Below are positions 1 to 11,820 of a stretch of DNA of 34,065 bases, in pieces. This DNA comes from Methanobacteriaceae archaeon (GTDB lineage Archaea; Methanobacteriota; Methanobacteria; Methanobacteriales; Methanobacteriaceae), in NCBI GenBank assembly GCA_030693105.1, contig JAUYBK010000070.1, forward strand, positions 1-34,065. Direction: 5' to 3'. Within the stretch, counting starts at the first letter, position 1, and each line of letters opens with the position of its first letter. The position numbers and the translations under genes are program-made. The notes beneath the pieces are model-generated. The model ran no database searches. It worked only from the letters and a program-made list of their open reading frames with translations, and had not been told where the DNA came from.

Positions 1-614
<614 letters not shown>

Positions 615-615
<1 letters not shown>

Positions 616-1544
616 TATTTACCCTCCTTTTTTACCTTAGCGGGCACGAGTGCCGCAGGAAGTGTGTAAGTGTAGAAGGTACCCACCACATCGTCTAATT
701 GTTCGGCTACTTCTTCAGGGTCAACAGTTTTGTCATGTTCTATTCCAAAGTCAGAACCGATGGCACTGATCATTTTAGCTCCTTGGTCAGAGACCTTTGG
801 AGTTGGGCCGTAACATCCTCTGCACTGGATGCCTATAGTGGGGCATTCAGCTCCACAGAGGGATAGGGTAGCAGGTCCTAAACATACCAGTCCTTGGGGT
901 ACCAGACACATTTCTTCTTCTGGTTCTCCTAATTCGAACTGGCGTATGATTTTGTCCATGGCCATACCTTCTGGTGGTTTTTCCCGGGGGCAAACCTCGC
1001 AGAGGTTGGTGCTGGCCAGTTCAATTGGTTCACCGGTTAGTAAGTTGACTAATACTTGGGCTACTATGTCTGATTTTGGTGGACAGCCAGGTAAAGCCAG
1101 ATCTACGTCGATTACTTCGCCCAGTGGTCGTACCCTGCTTTCCAGGTGAGGAATTTCCTCGTTTGGTATAATGCCTTCCGGGTTGATGGTACTGGGTGAG
1201 TTTAGGTAGGCTTCTTCTATTAAATCTTCACTGGTATGAAGGTTTCCTAGTCCGGGAATTCCTCCGTAGACTGCACAGGTACCGTAGGCTATTACGATCT
1301 TAGCCTTTTTACGTAGCATTTCGGCTAGTTCCCTGTTTTCGTCGTTTCGGATTCCTCCTTCAATGATGATGGCGTCCAGGTCATCTGGAACTTCATCATA
1401 TTTGACGTCCATGAGCACCGGGGTGAACTCGATGTCTGCCAAGCCCATCACATCTATGATGGCCTCGTGGATGTCGGCAAAGGCCAAGTGACAACCGGAG
1501 CAGCCGCTTAGCCACATTGTTGCTATTTTAGCTTTATCTGCCAT
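615..1544 (-). CDS. mvhG: F420-non-reducing hydrogenase small (Fe-S) subunit
   Basis: [23 protein letters not shown] and C-terminal Cys clusters of hydrogenase small subunits; lies between mvhD and mvhA. Confidence 0.97.
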
Positions 1545-1545
1545 G

Positions 1546-1983
1546 TTATGCCTCCACTTCTTCTGCTTCTAATTGGGCTTTTAGTGGGGATGGACCTAGA
1601 CTCTTGATCCGGTCCACCATCATCTTAACGGTGTCGGCGAATTTTTCACCTTCAGAGGCAGAAATCCAGTCGTGGTAAATCCTATCCCTTCCGATTCCCA
1701 GATCATCTGCCAGTTTGTAGATAATTCTCATTCTTCGGTCAAGCTTGTAGTTTCCAGCATCATAGTGGCAATCTCCGTGGTGGCAACCGGCAACAATTAC
1801 TCCGTCGGCTCCTTCCCGGAGTGCCTTCAGCACAAACTGGGGTTCGATTCTTCCGGAACACATAACCCGGATAACCCTTACGTTTGGAGGATACTGCATC
1901 CTTGCGGTCCCAGCGGTGTCAGCTCCACCGTAGGAACACCAGTTACAACAAAACATCACTAATTTCACATCATCCTCAGCCAT
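1546..1983 (-). CDS. mvhD: Hydrogenase [2Fe-2S] subunit D (adaptor to HdrA)
   Basis: [36 protein letters not shown] motifs; SD GGAGG upstream. Confidence 0.98.
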   Translation of the reverse strand: MAEDDVKLVMFCCNWCSYGGADTAGTARMQYPPNVRVIRVMCSGRIEPQFVLKALREGADGVIVAGCHHGDCHYDAGNYKLDRRMRIIYKLADDLGIGRDRIYHDWISASEGEKFADTVKMMVDRIKSLGPSPLKAQLEAEEVEA

Positions 1984-2003
1984 TGGCTTTCCTCCTTAAT
2001 TTT

Positions 2004-2057
2004 CATATATTGTACCATTAATGTACCATATATGGATTAAAGTGTAGTTATTATAAA
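2004..2057 (-). promoter_or_regulatory. Putative mvhDGA promoter with a 31-bp imperfect palindrome over the expected start site
   Basis: TTTATAAT (minus strand) at 2057-2050; CATATATTGTAC-N7-GTACCATATATG at 2004-2034, 11 of 12 arm positions complementary. Confidence 0.55.
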
Positions 2058-2416
2058 GGTTACTTATAAAACAAATTCGAAAAATATATATGTATGAATA
2101 ACAAAAAATGTTTTTTTAATACTAAAATCAAAGGATTAAAATTGACTTTTCAAGCATAATACCTCCAAAAATCCCAGTTTTTTATTAATTAAATGGATAT
2201 AAGAATTTTAAATGAATTTTAATAGCATCAACTAATTTTGTACATGTTTATAGCATTATAAAGATCATATAAAATTTATTAGTGTATTATGACGTCGTAT
2301 TCCCTAAAACATGGATCATGGTCCCTCTAAATATCAATCCTTTTATTTATCCTGGTTAAAGTAATTTATTTATGCCAAAATATCCATAACAATGTGTACG
2401 ATTGGAGTTTAATTAA

Positions 2417-2424
2417 TTTATATA
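2417..2424 (+). promoter_or_regulatory. TATA box of smsCB/sufCB
   Basis: Consensus archaeal TTTATATA about 37 nt upstream of the SD at 2461. Confidence 0.6.
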
Positions 2425-2473
2425 TACCACCAATCAAATATGACTTAAAAAAACGACTGAAGGGGTGGTTAAA

Positions 2474-3232
2474 CTGCTACTCGAGATAACCGACTTGGCA
2501 GTGGAAGTAAATAATAAGGAAATTCTAAGTGACGTAGATCTATACATAGGCAAGGGAGAGACCCACGTCCTCTTAGGTCCCAACGGAGCCGGTAAAAGTA
2601 CCCTATTCATGACCCTGCTGGGATTTCCCAAGTACAAATTAACCAGGGGAGAAATAATCTTCAAAGGAGAAGACATCACAAACATGTCCACCACCGAAAG
2701 GGTGAAAATGGGATTCGGAGTAAGTTTCCAAAATCCTCCGGCCATTAGAGGCGTTAAATTGGGAGATTTACTAAAATTAGAACACGGCGAACGGGAAGAA
2801 TCGCAAGAAATCAGCCCCGAATTGATGGAAATAGTTAGAAAACTCAAATTTGATGAAAATTTCCTGGAAAGGGACGTTAACTTGGGTTTCTCCGGAGGAG
2901 AAGTCAAAAGGTCCGAAATTTTACAGTTACTAGCTCAAGAACCAGACTTCATAATGTTCGACGAACCCGATTCAGGGGTAGACATCGAGAATGTAGAACT
3001 CTTAGCCGAAGAAATCAACATTCTACTGGATAAAGATAAAAAACTTGGACGAAGGAAAAAGTCAGGATTACTGATTACCCACCTGGGCTATATCCTCAAT
3101 TTTGTAGGCGCAGACACTGCCCACGTCTTGATGGACGGTAGAATAGCCTGTTCCGGTAACCCATCTGAAATCTTAGAAGACATTAGAAAAGAAGGATTCA
3201 AGGGGTGCATAGAATGCTGCAGGATGCACTAA
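2474..3232 (+). CDS. sufC: Fe-S assembly ABC ATPase SufC/SmsC (start probably CTG 2474; GTG 2465 is the alternative)
   Basis: Walker A GPNGAGKST, FSGGEVKR signature, Walker B IMFDEPDSGVD, LLITH, and a C-terminal Cys motif (CIECC) typical of SMS-type SufC. Confidence 0.93.
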   Translation: MLLEITDLAVEVNNKEILSDVDLYIGKGETHVLLGPNGAGKSTLFMTLLGFPKYKLTRGEIIFKGEDITNMSTTERVKMGFGVSFQNPPAIRGVKLGDLLKLEHGEREESQEISPELMEIVRKLKFDENFLERDVNLGFSGGEVKRSEILQLLAQEPDFIMFDEPDSGVDIENVELLAEEINILLDKDKKLGRRKKSGLLITHLGYILNFVGADTAHVLMDGRIACSGNPSEILEDIRKEGFKGCIECCRMH

Positions 3233-4449
3233 AAAAGGCGGAGAAGGCAAAAGAAAAAAAAGCCCTTTATGGAGACGATATCGACTTAGAAGAGTTCATT
3301 AAAGAAGAAGCAGGGGATCACGAAAAGGTAACTAAGGCCAATGAAGTTCCCAAAAAAGTTCAGGATACTCTTCTAAAAGTGGGAGTAGATCCCAGGGAAC
3401 AGGACCGGGCGGGGACCTTCATCCAGGTCGATCAAAGCGGAGTTTGTAGTACTTGTACTTCTGAATCAGTGGAAATAATGGGCATGAACGTGGCCCTGGA
3501 CAAATATGGATGGTTAAAAGATTACATGTGGAAGGCTGTTGCTCCTGATACTGATAAATATACGGCTCAAACTGCAATCAGAGAAGCAGAACAAGGGGGA
3601 AGTGGCGGATACTTTATAAGATCCTTACCTGGTTCCAAAGAGGTATTTCCACTCCAAGCATGTATGTTTATCGGCGACGAGAAGGTCATGCAAACAGCAC
3701 ACAACGTCATCATCGCCGAGGAAAATTCAGAACTACACATAATTACAGGTTGTGCAACTGGAGAAGATGTAAGCTCTGCCCTTCACGTAGGAGTATCCGA
3801 GTTCTACCTTAAAAAAGGCTCTAAAATCACCTTCACCATGGTACACAATTGGGCCGAACAGGTGGATGTACGCCCTCGGACAGGGATAATGGTAGGAGAT
3901 GATTCTACTTACATCAGCAACTACATCCTCACCAGCCCCGTTAAGAGTATCCAATCCTATCCTACTGCCTACTGTACTGGAGAAAACTCAAGAGTAGTAT
4001 TCCAGTCTATCTTGGGGGGTCAAAAAGATTCTATCTTAGATATGGGATCCAGAGTACTTTTAGAAGGCCATGGTTCCAGTTCTGAAATGATATCTAGAGC
4101 AGTTTCAAAAGACCAGTCCCAAATCTATTCTCGTGGACACCTGGCCGGTCGAACTCAGAATGTTAAAGGACATTTAGAATGTCATGGTCTGGTTTTATCG
4201 GATGACTCCATGATTTACGCGGTGCCAGAACTGGAAGGTAGTGCTACTGAATTGGAATTATCCCATGAAGCAGCGGTAGGTAAGATATCAGAAGAAGAAG
4301 TTCTTTATCTCACTTCCAGGGGCCTTACTGAGGAAGAAGCCGCCAGTATGATTGTCCGTGGGTTTTTAAGTATTGATATCACTGGACTACCACCAGAACT
4401 GGCTGCGGAGACCAAACGCATGATGGACATGAGTCTGAAGGGAATGTAG
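3214..4449 (+). CDS. sufB: Fe-S assembly scaffold SufB/SufD family (SmsB)
   Basis: QTAHNVIIAEENSELHIITGC, GHLECHGLVL and LSHEAAVGKI...YLTSRGL motifs. Start moved to ATG 3214, which follows SD AGGGGTG by 6 nt. Confidence 0.93.
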   Translation: MLQDALKKAEKAKEKKALYGDDIDLEEFIKEEAGDHEKVTKANEVPKKVQDTLLKVGVDPREQDRAGTFIQVDQSGVCSTCTSESVEIMGMNVALDKYGWLKDYMWKAVAPDTDKYTAQTAIREAEQGGSGGYFIRSLPGSKEVFPLQACMFIGDEKVMQTAHNVIIAEENSELHIITGCATGEDVSSALHVGVSEFYLKKGSKITFTMVHNWAEQVDVRPRTGIMVGDDSTYISNYILTSPVKSIQSYPTAYCTGENSRVVFQSILGGQKDSILDMGSRVLLEGHGSSSEMISRAVSKDQSQIYSRGHLAGRTQNVKGHLECHGLVLSDDSMIYAVPELEGSATELELSHEAAVGKISEEEVLYLTSRGLTEEEAASMIVRGFLSIDITGLPPELAAETKRMMDMSLKGM

Positions 4450-4550
4450 AAAAAAATCATTTCTTTCTTTCTTTTTCTAATATCTTTATTTAAAAATTAA
4501 TTTTACAAATTTTTATGATGAATATTGCCCATATATTATATGAGATGTTT

Positions 4551-5038
4551 ATGATGTATCTTGCCGGAGAAGCAGTAGTTGGAGATGGAGCTGAAGTATC
4601 CCATATAGACCTTCTGATTGGAGACAAAGAAGGAGCAGTAGGTCCGGCCTTTGCCAACGCATTAGCAAATCGGGTAGCTCGGTATGCCCATATATTTACC
4701 GTTATAACCCCTAATCTAGGTGGCTAAACCTATTACCATGCTGGTTCCCAAGGTAACCATAAGGGATTTATAAGATGCCACTAAGATATTTGGTTCTGCC
4801 CAGAAAGCAGTTGCTATGGCGGTAGTGGGTTGCGTGGAATGGAAAAATCCCTAAGTCTTCAGTCGAAGATATCTGCATATTATGCGGAGTTTTCATTCAT
4901 CCCGCCGCTCAAGATGTGGATAAATTTACCAATACAACTACTAAGCCACCAAAATAGCCATAAAACGAGCTTTCGGTAGTGAACCTAATATTGAAGAAAT
5001 AATAGAAAAAAAAAGAGGGACACCCTTTTTACAAGTAA
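4551..5038 (+). pseudogene. fae: Formaldehyde-activating enzyme pseudogene
   Basis: Stitched translation MYLAGEAVVGDGAEVSHIDLLIG...TPNL/VAKPITMLVPKVTIRDL*DATKIFGSAQKAVAMAV...VE/GKIP...CGVFIHPAAQDVDK/IYQYNY*ATKIAIKRAFGSEP.../HPF follows Fae along its length. About 4 frameshifts and 2 TAA stops (4771, 4942). Confidence 0.9.
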
Positions 5039-5096
5039 AGTGTCCATTTATTCTTATTTAATAAAAAGGATTTAATTAAAAAGGTAGGTTTATATT

Positions 5097-5369
<273 letters not shown>

Positions 5370-5373
5370 AACA

Positions 5374-5970
5374 TCACCTGCGGGAGTTCACCCCAAGTTT
5401 CTCTAAAGATAATATGTCCTCGGGACTATTAATATTTAAGGCTACTTCTATTTTACCGATGACAAGAAGTTCCTCATCTTGTTCTGTGTTTTTTCCCCTT
5501 AATATATTTAATCCAGAGGGAACCAGATTTTCCCAGACCATACTGGGCTGAAGACCGTGTTTATGGAAAATTTCCACCGGCACCATCACTGAAAGGGCAG
5601 GTTTGTGGCACTTCTGATAATAATTTAGGACCTGATCAATAATCTCACCAGTCAGCAGGGGCAAGTCTGCGGTGATGGTGAGGATAATTTGGTCCTTTAG
5701 ATCATCTTGGGAGAGTATGAAGGCCATGTCTTCCACGTAGCCATGACCTGGAGTTTTGATAATACTTATTTTAGCATTTTTCACCCATTTAGTAGTTTGA
5801 GGCGTGTGGGGGCTAGTGGCAACCACTATTTCATCTATTTTAGAGGATTTGTGGATTGCTGTTAGCACGTGCTGGATAAGAGGTTTGCCCCTTACCTCTA
5901 CAAGGGGTTTTTCCTGGTTTTTTTTCATGCGGGTTCCTTTTCCACCGGCCATTACGAGAGCTAGTACCAT
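5374..5970 (-). CDS. cobY: Adenosylcobinamide-phosphate guanylyltransferase
   Basis: ALVMAGGKGTRM...EKPL NTP-transferase motif, TSPHTP, TPGHGYVED, ADLP, LNINSPED; syntenic with cobY in Methanobacteriales. Confidence 0.88.
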   Translation of the reverse strand: MVLALVMAGGKGTRMKKNQEKPLVEVRGKPLIQHVLTAIHKSSKIDEIVVATSPHTPQTTKWVKNAKISIIKTPGHGYVEDMAFILSQDDLKDQIILTITADLPLLTGEIIDQVLNYYQKCHKPALSVMVPVEIFHKHGLQPSMVWENLVPSGLNILRGKNTEQDEELLVIGKIEVALNINSPEDILSLEKLGVNSRR

Positions 5971-6114
5971 AGGGGCTCCTTGAATTTTAAGATAATCTTA
6001 GATACCTATCTGAAATTATTACATCATAAAAATTGGGTCTAGATGATGGTTATATTCTTCCCCCAGAAACGAACTCTTAAAAAAATAACAAAAAAGGAAG
6101 AATTAGAGATAATT

Positions 6115-7587
6115 TTACTTCTGTTGCAACTTCCGCCTTGGTCCCAGAATACAGGGCCCACCCTGCCTACCACCTAGTGGTATGTGAGGTGTTCCAATAG
6201 AGTTCATACACCGAGCCATAACTGCAGAACCCAGTGCTAAAGCATCAGATACAAAAAGAACATCCTTGAAATATGGTTTTACATATTCCAAGATAAATTC
6301 AGGTTTGCGGCCAGTGATACCGGCACGTCCAGTAACTCCCAGGGCAGAACCTTCCACTATTACTCCCTCACCAGCAGCTTCTTCAATCAACCTTTTAACT
6401 TGCAGGGCACTGACATGATCCAGAGTGGCAAACAAGGTGTGTATACCAGCTTCGTCATATATCTGATGACCTATCTCGGTGAGTGAGGAGAGTTCATCCC
6501 CATCAACCCCCACGTCACAACCAATAAGCGTGGTACCTGCACTGTAGGCGGCCTCAGGATCCACGGGAACTGTACCGAAATTGGCCCGGTCTTCCGGAAC
6601 TTTTCGAATGTCGACGTGCTGGTGTACTTTATTTGCATATTCTAAAGCCGCTTTCCAGTCTGCTTTTTTCAGTATATCCCGGGTGTATAAATCAAGGGCT
6701 GCTCCACCCCTTTTATCAACCTTTTCAGTTCCCCGGATGATGGCGTCAGAAACAGCCCCCGCCAGTCCACAAAAGTTTCCAATGGTACGGGCGTAAGGCT
6801 CATCATTATTGACAATACGGCCGGCCAGAGTAGTACCAAAGTCCATAGATACACAAGGGTTTCTGTAATCAATATTAGTCCACTTAGCACCTGTTTTTAT
6901 ACCAGCAGTTACCAGTTCTCCTTCCATCTCATTGGCAACCACTGCACGCCCGGTGGGAGGGACCACACTAACCACTGCGCCGTCGAACATGACTTTATCC
7001 AGTAGAGTGAATTCCTGAAGCCGTTTAGGTAAGGTATTAAGTGATATCGCCGGAGACATCTTGCGGGGAGGTATGCCTGCTTCCAGGCAGCCATTGGCCA
7101 AGGCTATGATCAAGTCACTTACCTCTTCGGGGGAAGCAAATCCCGCAGTTACTCCCGTAGATCGGACCACAAAATCTAAATCCTTTTCCATGTCAATTTT
7201 TGAGCGTTTAATTGATTCTAAGATGGTTTCCCTGACCATCTCTGATACGGATTCTTTGGTGAGCTCCACGTGCCACACTGTTTCCCCAAAAACCTTTTCA
7301 TTCTTTTTAGGGGGTCTTATATCTCGGGTCATCTTCACCGTCTTATCCAAAAGGTAAGTGCGGCTGGTGTTAAGGTTAGTGGCGGTCAGGATGCACTTGG
7401 TGGTGGTGTTTCCCAGCTCCACCGAAGCTACAATGTAATAAACATCGGGACGTAGAGAAATACCGTAACCCTGCCCCACGGCTTTTTTAGTAAATGGGGC
7501 CATTTTGGCGTCTTCAATGGTGATGTACTTGCTTTTTGCCATGACGGGTTTCGGACCCAGACCCAGAATTTTCTTTAAAAATGACAG
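6115..7587 (-). CDS. Methanogenesis marker protein 14 (DUF2114); ASKHA-like ATPase motifs (start probably CTG 7587; ORF track uses TTG 7617)
   Basis: YYIVASVELGNTTTKCIL, FVVRSTGVTAG, NEMEGELVTAG, MDFGTTLAG and MARCMNSIGTP...GGPCILG match my recollection of this family. Confidence 0.88.
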   Translation of the reverse strand: MSFLKKILGLGPKPVMAKSKYITIEDAKMAPFTKKAVGQGYGISLRPDVYYIVASVELGNTTTKCILTATNLNTSRTYLLDKTVKMTRDIRPPKKNEKVFGETVWHVELTKESVSEMVRETILESIKRSKIDMEKDLDFVVRSTGVTAGFASPEEVSDLIIALANGCLEAGIPPRKMSPAISLNTLPKRLQEFTLLDKVMFDGAVVSVVPPTGRAVVANEMEGELVTAGIKTGAKWTNIDYRNPCVSMDFGTTLAGRIVNNDEPYARTIGNFCGLAGAVSDAIIRGTEKVDKRGGAALDLYTRDILKKADWKAALEYANKVHQHVDIRKVPEDRANFGTVPVDPEAAYSAGTTLIGCDVGVDGDELSSLTEIGHQIYDEAGIHTLFATLDHVSALQVKRLIEEAAGEGVIVEGSALGVTGRAGITGRKPEFILEYVKPYFKDVLFVSDALALGSAVMARCMNSIGTPHIPLGGRQGGPCILGPRRKLQQK

Positions 7588-7701
7588 AACAATCCCCTCC
7601 TTAATTAAAGTCTCCAATTTAGGTTTTGCCTAAAATAGTTATAAATCTTGTGAAATTAAATTAAGAAAAAAAATATGAAAAATAAAAATTGAAAAAAATC
7701 T

Positions 7702-8133
7702 TTAACTGGTCCGTACCAGGAGTATGGTACAGGGAGCGGAGTGGACCACTTTCTCAGACACACTGCCCAGTAATTTTTTGTCCACAATGTTTTTTCCGGT
7801 CCCTAAAACTATTAAGTCTACACCCTTTTTTTCAGCAGTTTTTACTATTTCATCGGCTGGATCGCCCTCTAAAAGCATCTTTTTAAAATTTATCATGTAG
7901 TGAGTTGGAGATTGGAACTCTTGTTCCATGCTGGCCAGTATTTCCGCGCCTTTAGTTCGGAGCTCCTTAGCCATCATTTCTTTTATTTTTTTTGGTGTTA
8001 AAAATGGCACTGAAGTTTCCACTACATATATACCGATTACTTCGGTTGGTCTTTCCTGAATGAGATCAAAGGTGTGTTCCAGAATCGGATCCAAATATTC
8101 GCCCATAGTTGCGACTAATATTTTTTCATACAT
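7702..8133 (-). CDS. Universal stress protein
   Basis: MYEKILVA start and GDPADEIV...DLIVLG...[20 protein letters not shown]; start taken at ATG 8133. Confidence 0.93.
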   Translation of the reverse strand: MYEKILVATMGEYLDPILEHTFDLIQERPTEVIGIYVVETSVPFLTPKKIKEMMAKELRTKGAEILASMEQEFQSPTHYMINFKKMLLEGDPADEIVKTAEKKGVDLIVLGTGKNIVDKKLLGSVSEKVVHSAPCTILLVRTS

Positions 8134-8145
8134 TATTATCAATTC

Positions 8146-9126
8146 CTAAGCAAGTATGAATATTCTAAATATTGCATAAACCAGGTAGGTTATTAATAAT
8201 ATTAAGCCACCCACCCTATTTAATTTCATGTTGCCGGTCTTGATGAGCACCATGAGCAGTACGGTAACAATAATCATTACCGGTGCATCGAAGGTTAAAG
8301 AAAGCCTTTCCACTGGAAAGCCTAATAGGAGCGCGGGAATTCCAATACCAATGAGAATATTGAAGGTGTTACTTCCCAGCACGGTTCCAATGGAAAGATC
8401 ATGTAATCCTTTCATTGCGGAGGATAAGGTAACCACCAGTTCCGGAATGCTGGTACCAATGGCCAGAGTAAAAAGCCCCATGATCATCTCGGGTATCCCG
8501 GCTAGGCGGGCCAGTTCCACTCCACTGTAGACCAATAGTCTACAACCAACTATGAGGCCCAATAACCCTAAAACTGTCAATCCAACGGTTTTTTTGTTAA
8601 TAGCACCTTTTTTTTGTTTAAGGGAGTTCTCAAGATTTTTATCGGTTTTAGTATTATCTTTACTATATTTCCTTTGGGCTTTTATTAAAAGCCATAAATA
8701 AACACAATAGGCTGCAATCATAATCAGAGCTGCAATCCAGTTTATATAACCAAACATCATGAAAAATATGAGAATTAACCCCGTACTTAAAGTCATGAGC
8801 CAGTTCCGGGTCAATCCCTCTTTATTAGTACCAATTACGCCAGCCACCGTAGCAGAAATACCTAGTATACCCGCAATGTTCCAGATGTTAGAACCAATAA
8901 CGGTGCCTACACCGATTTCTGTACTACCAGACAAAGACGCTATCAAAGCTGAACCAAACTCAGGGAGGGATGTTCCAATAGCAGAAGCAGTTACCCCCAG
9001 AATTATCTGCGATATTCCTAGAACCCCACCAATTTCCACTAAATGATCCACAAATAGGTTGGCAGATTTAATCACTATGAGCAGTGAGAAAACTAATGCC
9101 CCTATAAGAATGATTAATTCAAACAA
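8146..9126 (-). CDS. Na+/Ca2+ (CaCA family, YrbG-like) antiporter
   Basis: Two alpha repeats (GTSLPE...GSNIWN and GTSIPE...GSNTFN) and many hydrophobic helices. Confidence 0.93.
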   Translation of the reverse strand: MFELIILIGALVFSLLIVIKSANLFVDHLVEIGGVLGISQIILGVTASAIGTSLPEFGSALIASLSGSTEIGVGTVIGSNIWNIAGILGISATVAGVIGTNKEGLTRNWLMTLSTGLILIFFMMFGYINWIAALIMIAAYCVYLWLLIKAQRKYSKDNTKTDKNLENSLKQKKGAINKKTVGLTVLGLLGLIVGCRLLVYSGVELARLAGIPEMIMGLFTLAIGTSIPELVVTLSSAMKGLHDLSIGTVLGSNTFNILIGIGIPALLLGFPVERLSLTFDAPVMIIVTVLLMVLIKTGNMKLNRVGGLILLITYLVYAIFRIFILA

Positions 9127-9314
9127 ATTATCACCGGAAGTATGTTTCCTTTTAACCCTTATATAGTTTTTCCATTATCATAATTTTAGAGGAATGAACT
9201 CTTTTAATTGACCAAAACATAAATATTTATCCCCTATTTTAATAATTTTCAAAATTAGCAACATTTTATGGAAAAAATGACCAATATAACTAATTTATTT
9301 TAAAATTAAGTATA

Positions 9315-9351
9315 AAAAAAGAAAAAAAATGGATTTCTAAGGCCAGTGGCC

Positions 9352-9356
<5 letters not shown>
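9315..9356 (-). terminator. mtr operon 3' hairpin and U-tract
   Basis: Perfect inverted repeat TCTAAGGCCA-G-TGGCCTTAGA (9336-9356) covering the mtrH stop, followed on the minus strand by long T runs (9329-9314). Confidence 0.75.
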
Positions 9357-10284
<928 letters not shown>

Positions 10285-10295
10285 TTGTAAACCTC

Positions 10296-10550
10296 CTAGA
10301 CTCCTCCAAAGGTGGAGAGGATTGCTCCTACTTTGACCACATTGAATGCCACGAACAGGATTATTAGTCCTATTATTATTCCGTACAAAATACCAATATC
10401 CCTACCTACTTGCTGACCTAATCTCTGGTTCATTTCACCCCAGGTGAATCCAACCTTTTCGTCCATCTCGTCTAACCTTTCGTTAGCTTTGTTGAACTCG
10501 TCTGCAGGGACAATAATACGAGGTACAACGGTTTTTTCTTCGTCGGCCAT
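10296..10550 (-). CDS. mtrG: Mtr subunit G
   Basis: [16 protein letters not shown] plus one C-terminal TM helix. Confidence 0.97.
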   Translation of the reverse strand: MADEEKTVVPRIIVPADEFNKANERLDEMDEKVGFTWGEMNQRLGQQVGRDIGILYGIIIGLIILFVAFNVVKVGAILSTFGGV

Positions 10551-10553
10551 AAT

Positions 10554-10757
10554 TTAAGCCCCCCTCATTAATACCCATATAACAGGAAGACCTACCAGAA
10601 GTGCTGCCAAGATGAAGCCCAGTGCCATACCATATATCCTGGTGGCGATGAGCCCAGCGAACAGCCTTTGGTCTCTTCCAATCAAACCGGCTCGGTATTT
10701 TACATCTGCTGCTGTTTTTCTTATGCCTCGAATATTAGGTTTATTTGATATTAACAT
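10554..10757 (-). CDS. mtrF: Mtr subunit F
   Basis: SNKPN...VKYRAGLIGRDQRLFAG plus TM helix. Confidence 0.96.
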   Translation of the reverse strand: MLISNKPNIRGIRKTAADVKYRAGLIGRDQRLFAGLIATRIYGMALGFILAALLVGLPVIWVLMRGA

Positions 10758-10770
10758 CTAAAAAACCCCC

Positions 10771-11808
<1,038 letters not shown>

Positions 11809-11820
11809 CTTGATTCCTCC

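Noticed and set aside
1546-1983. Selenocysteine or pyrrolysine recoding in mvhD or at TAG-ending genes
   Set aside because: All ligands are Cys codons, no in-frame TGA, and TAG stops fall at the expected protein ends.
4515-4727. 70-aa ORF as an independent small protein
   Set aside because: It is the first fragment of the fae pseudogene.
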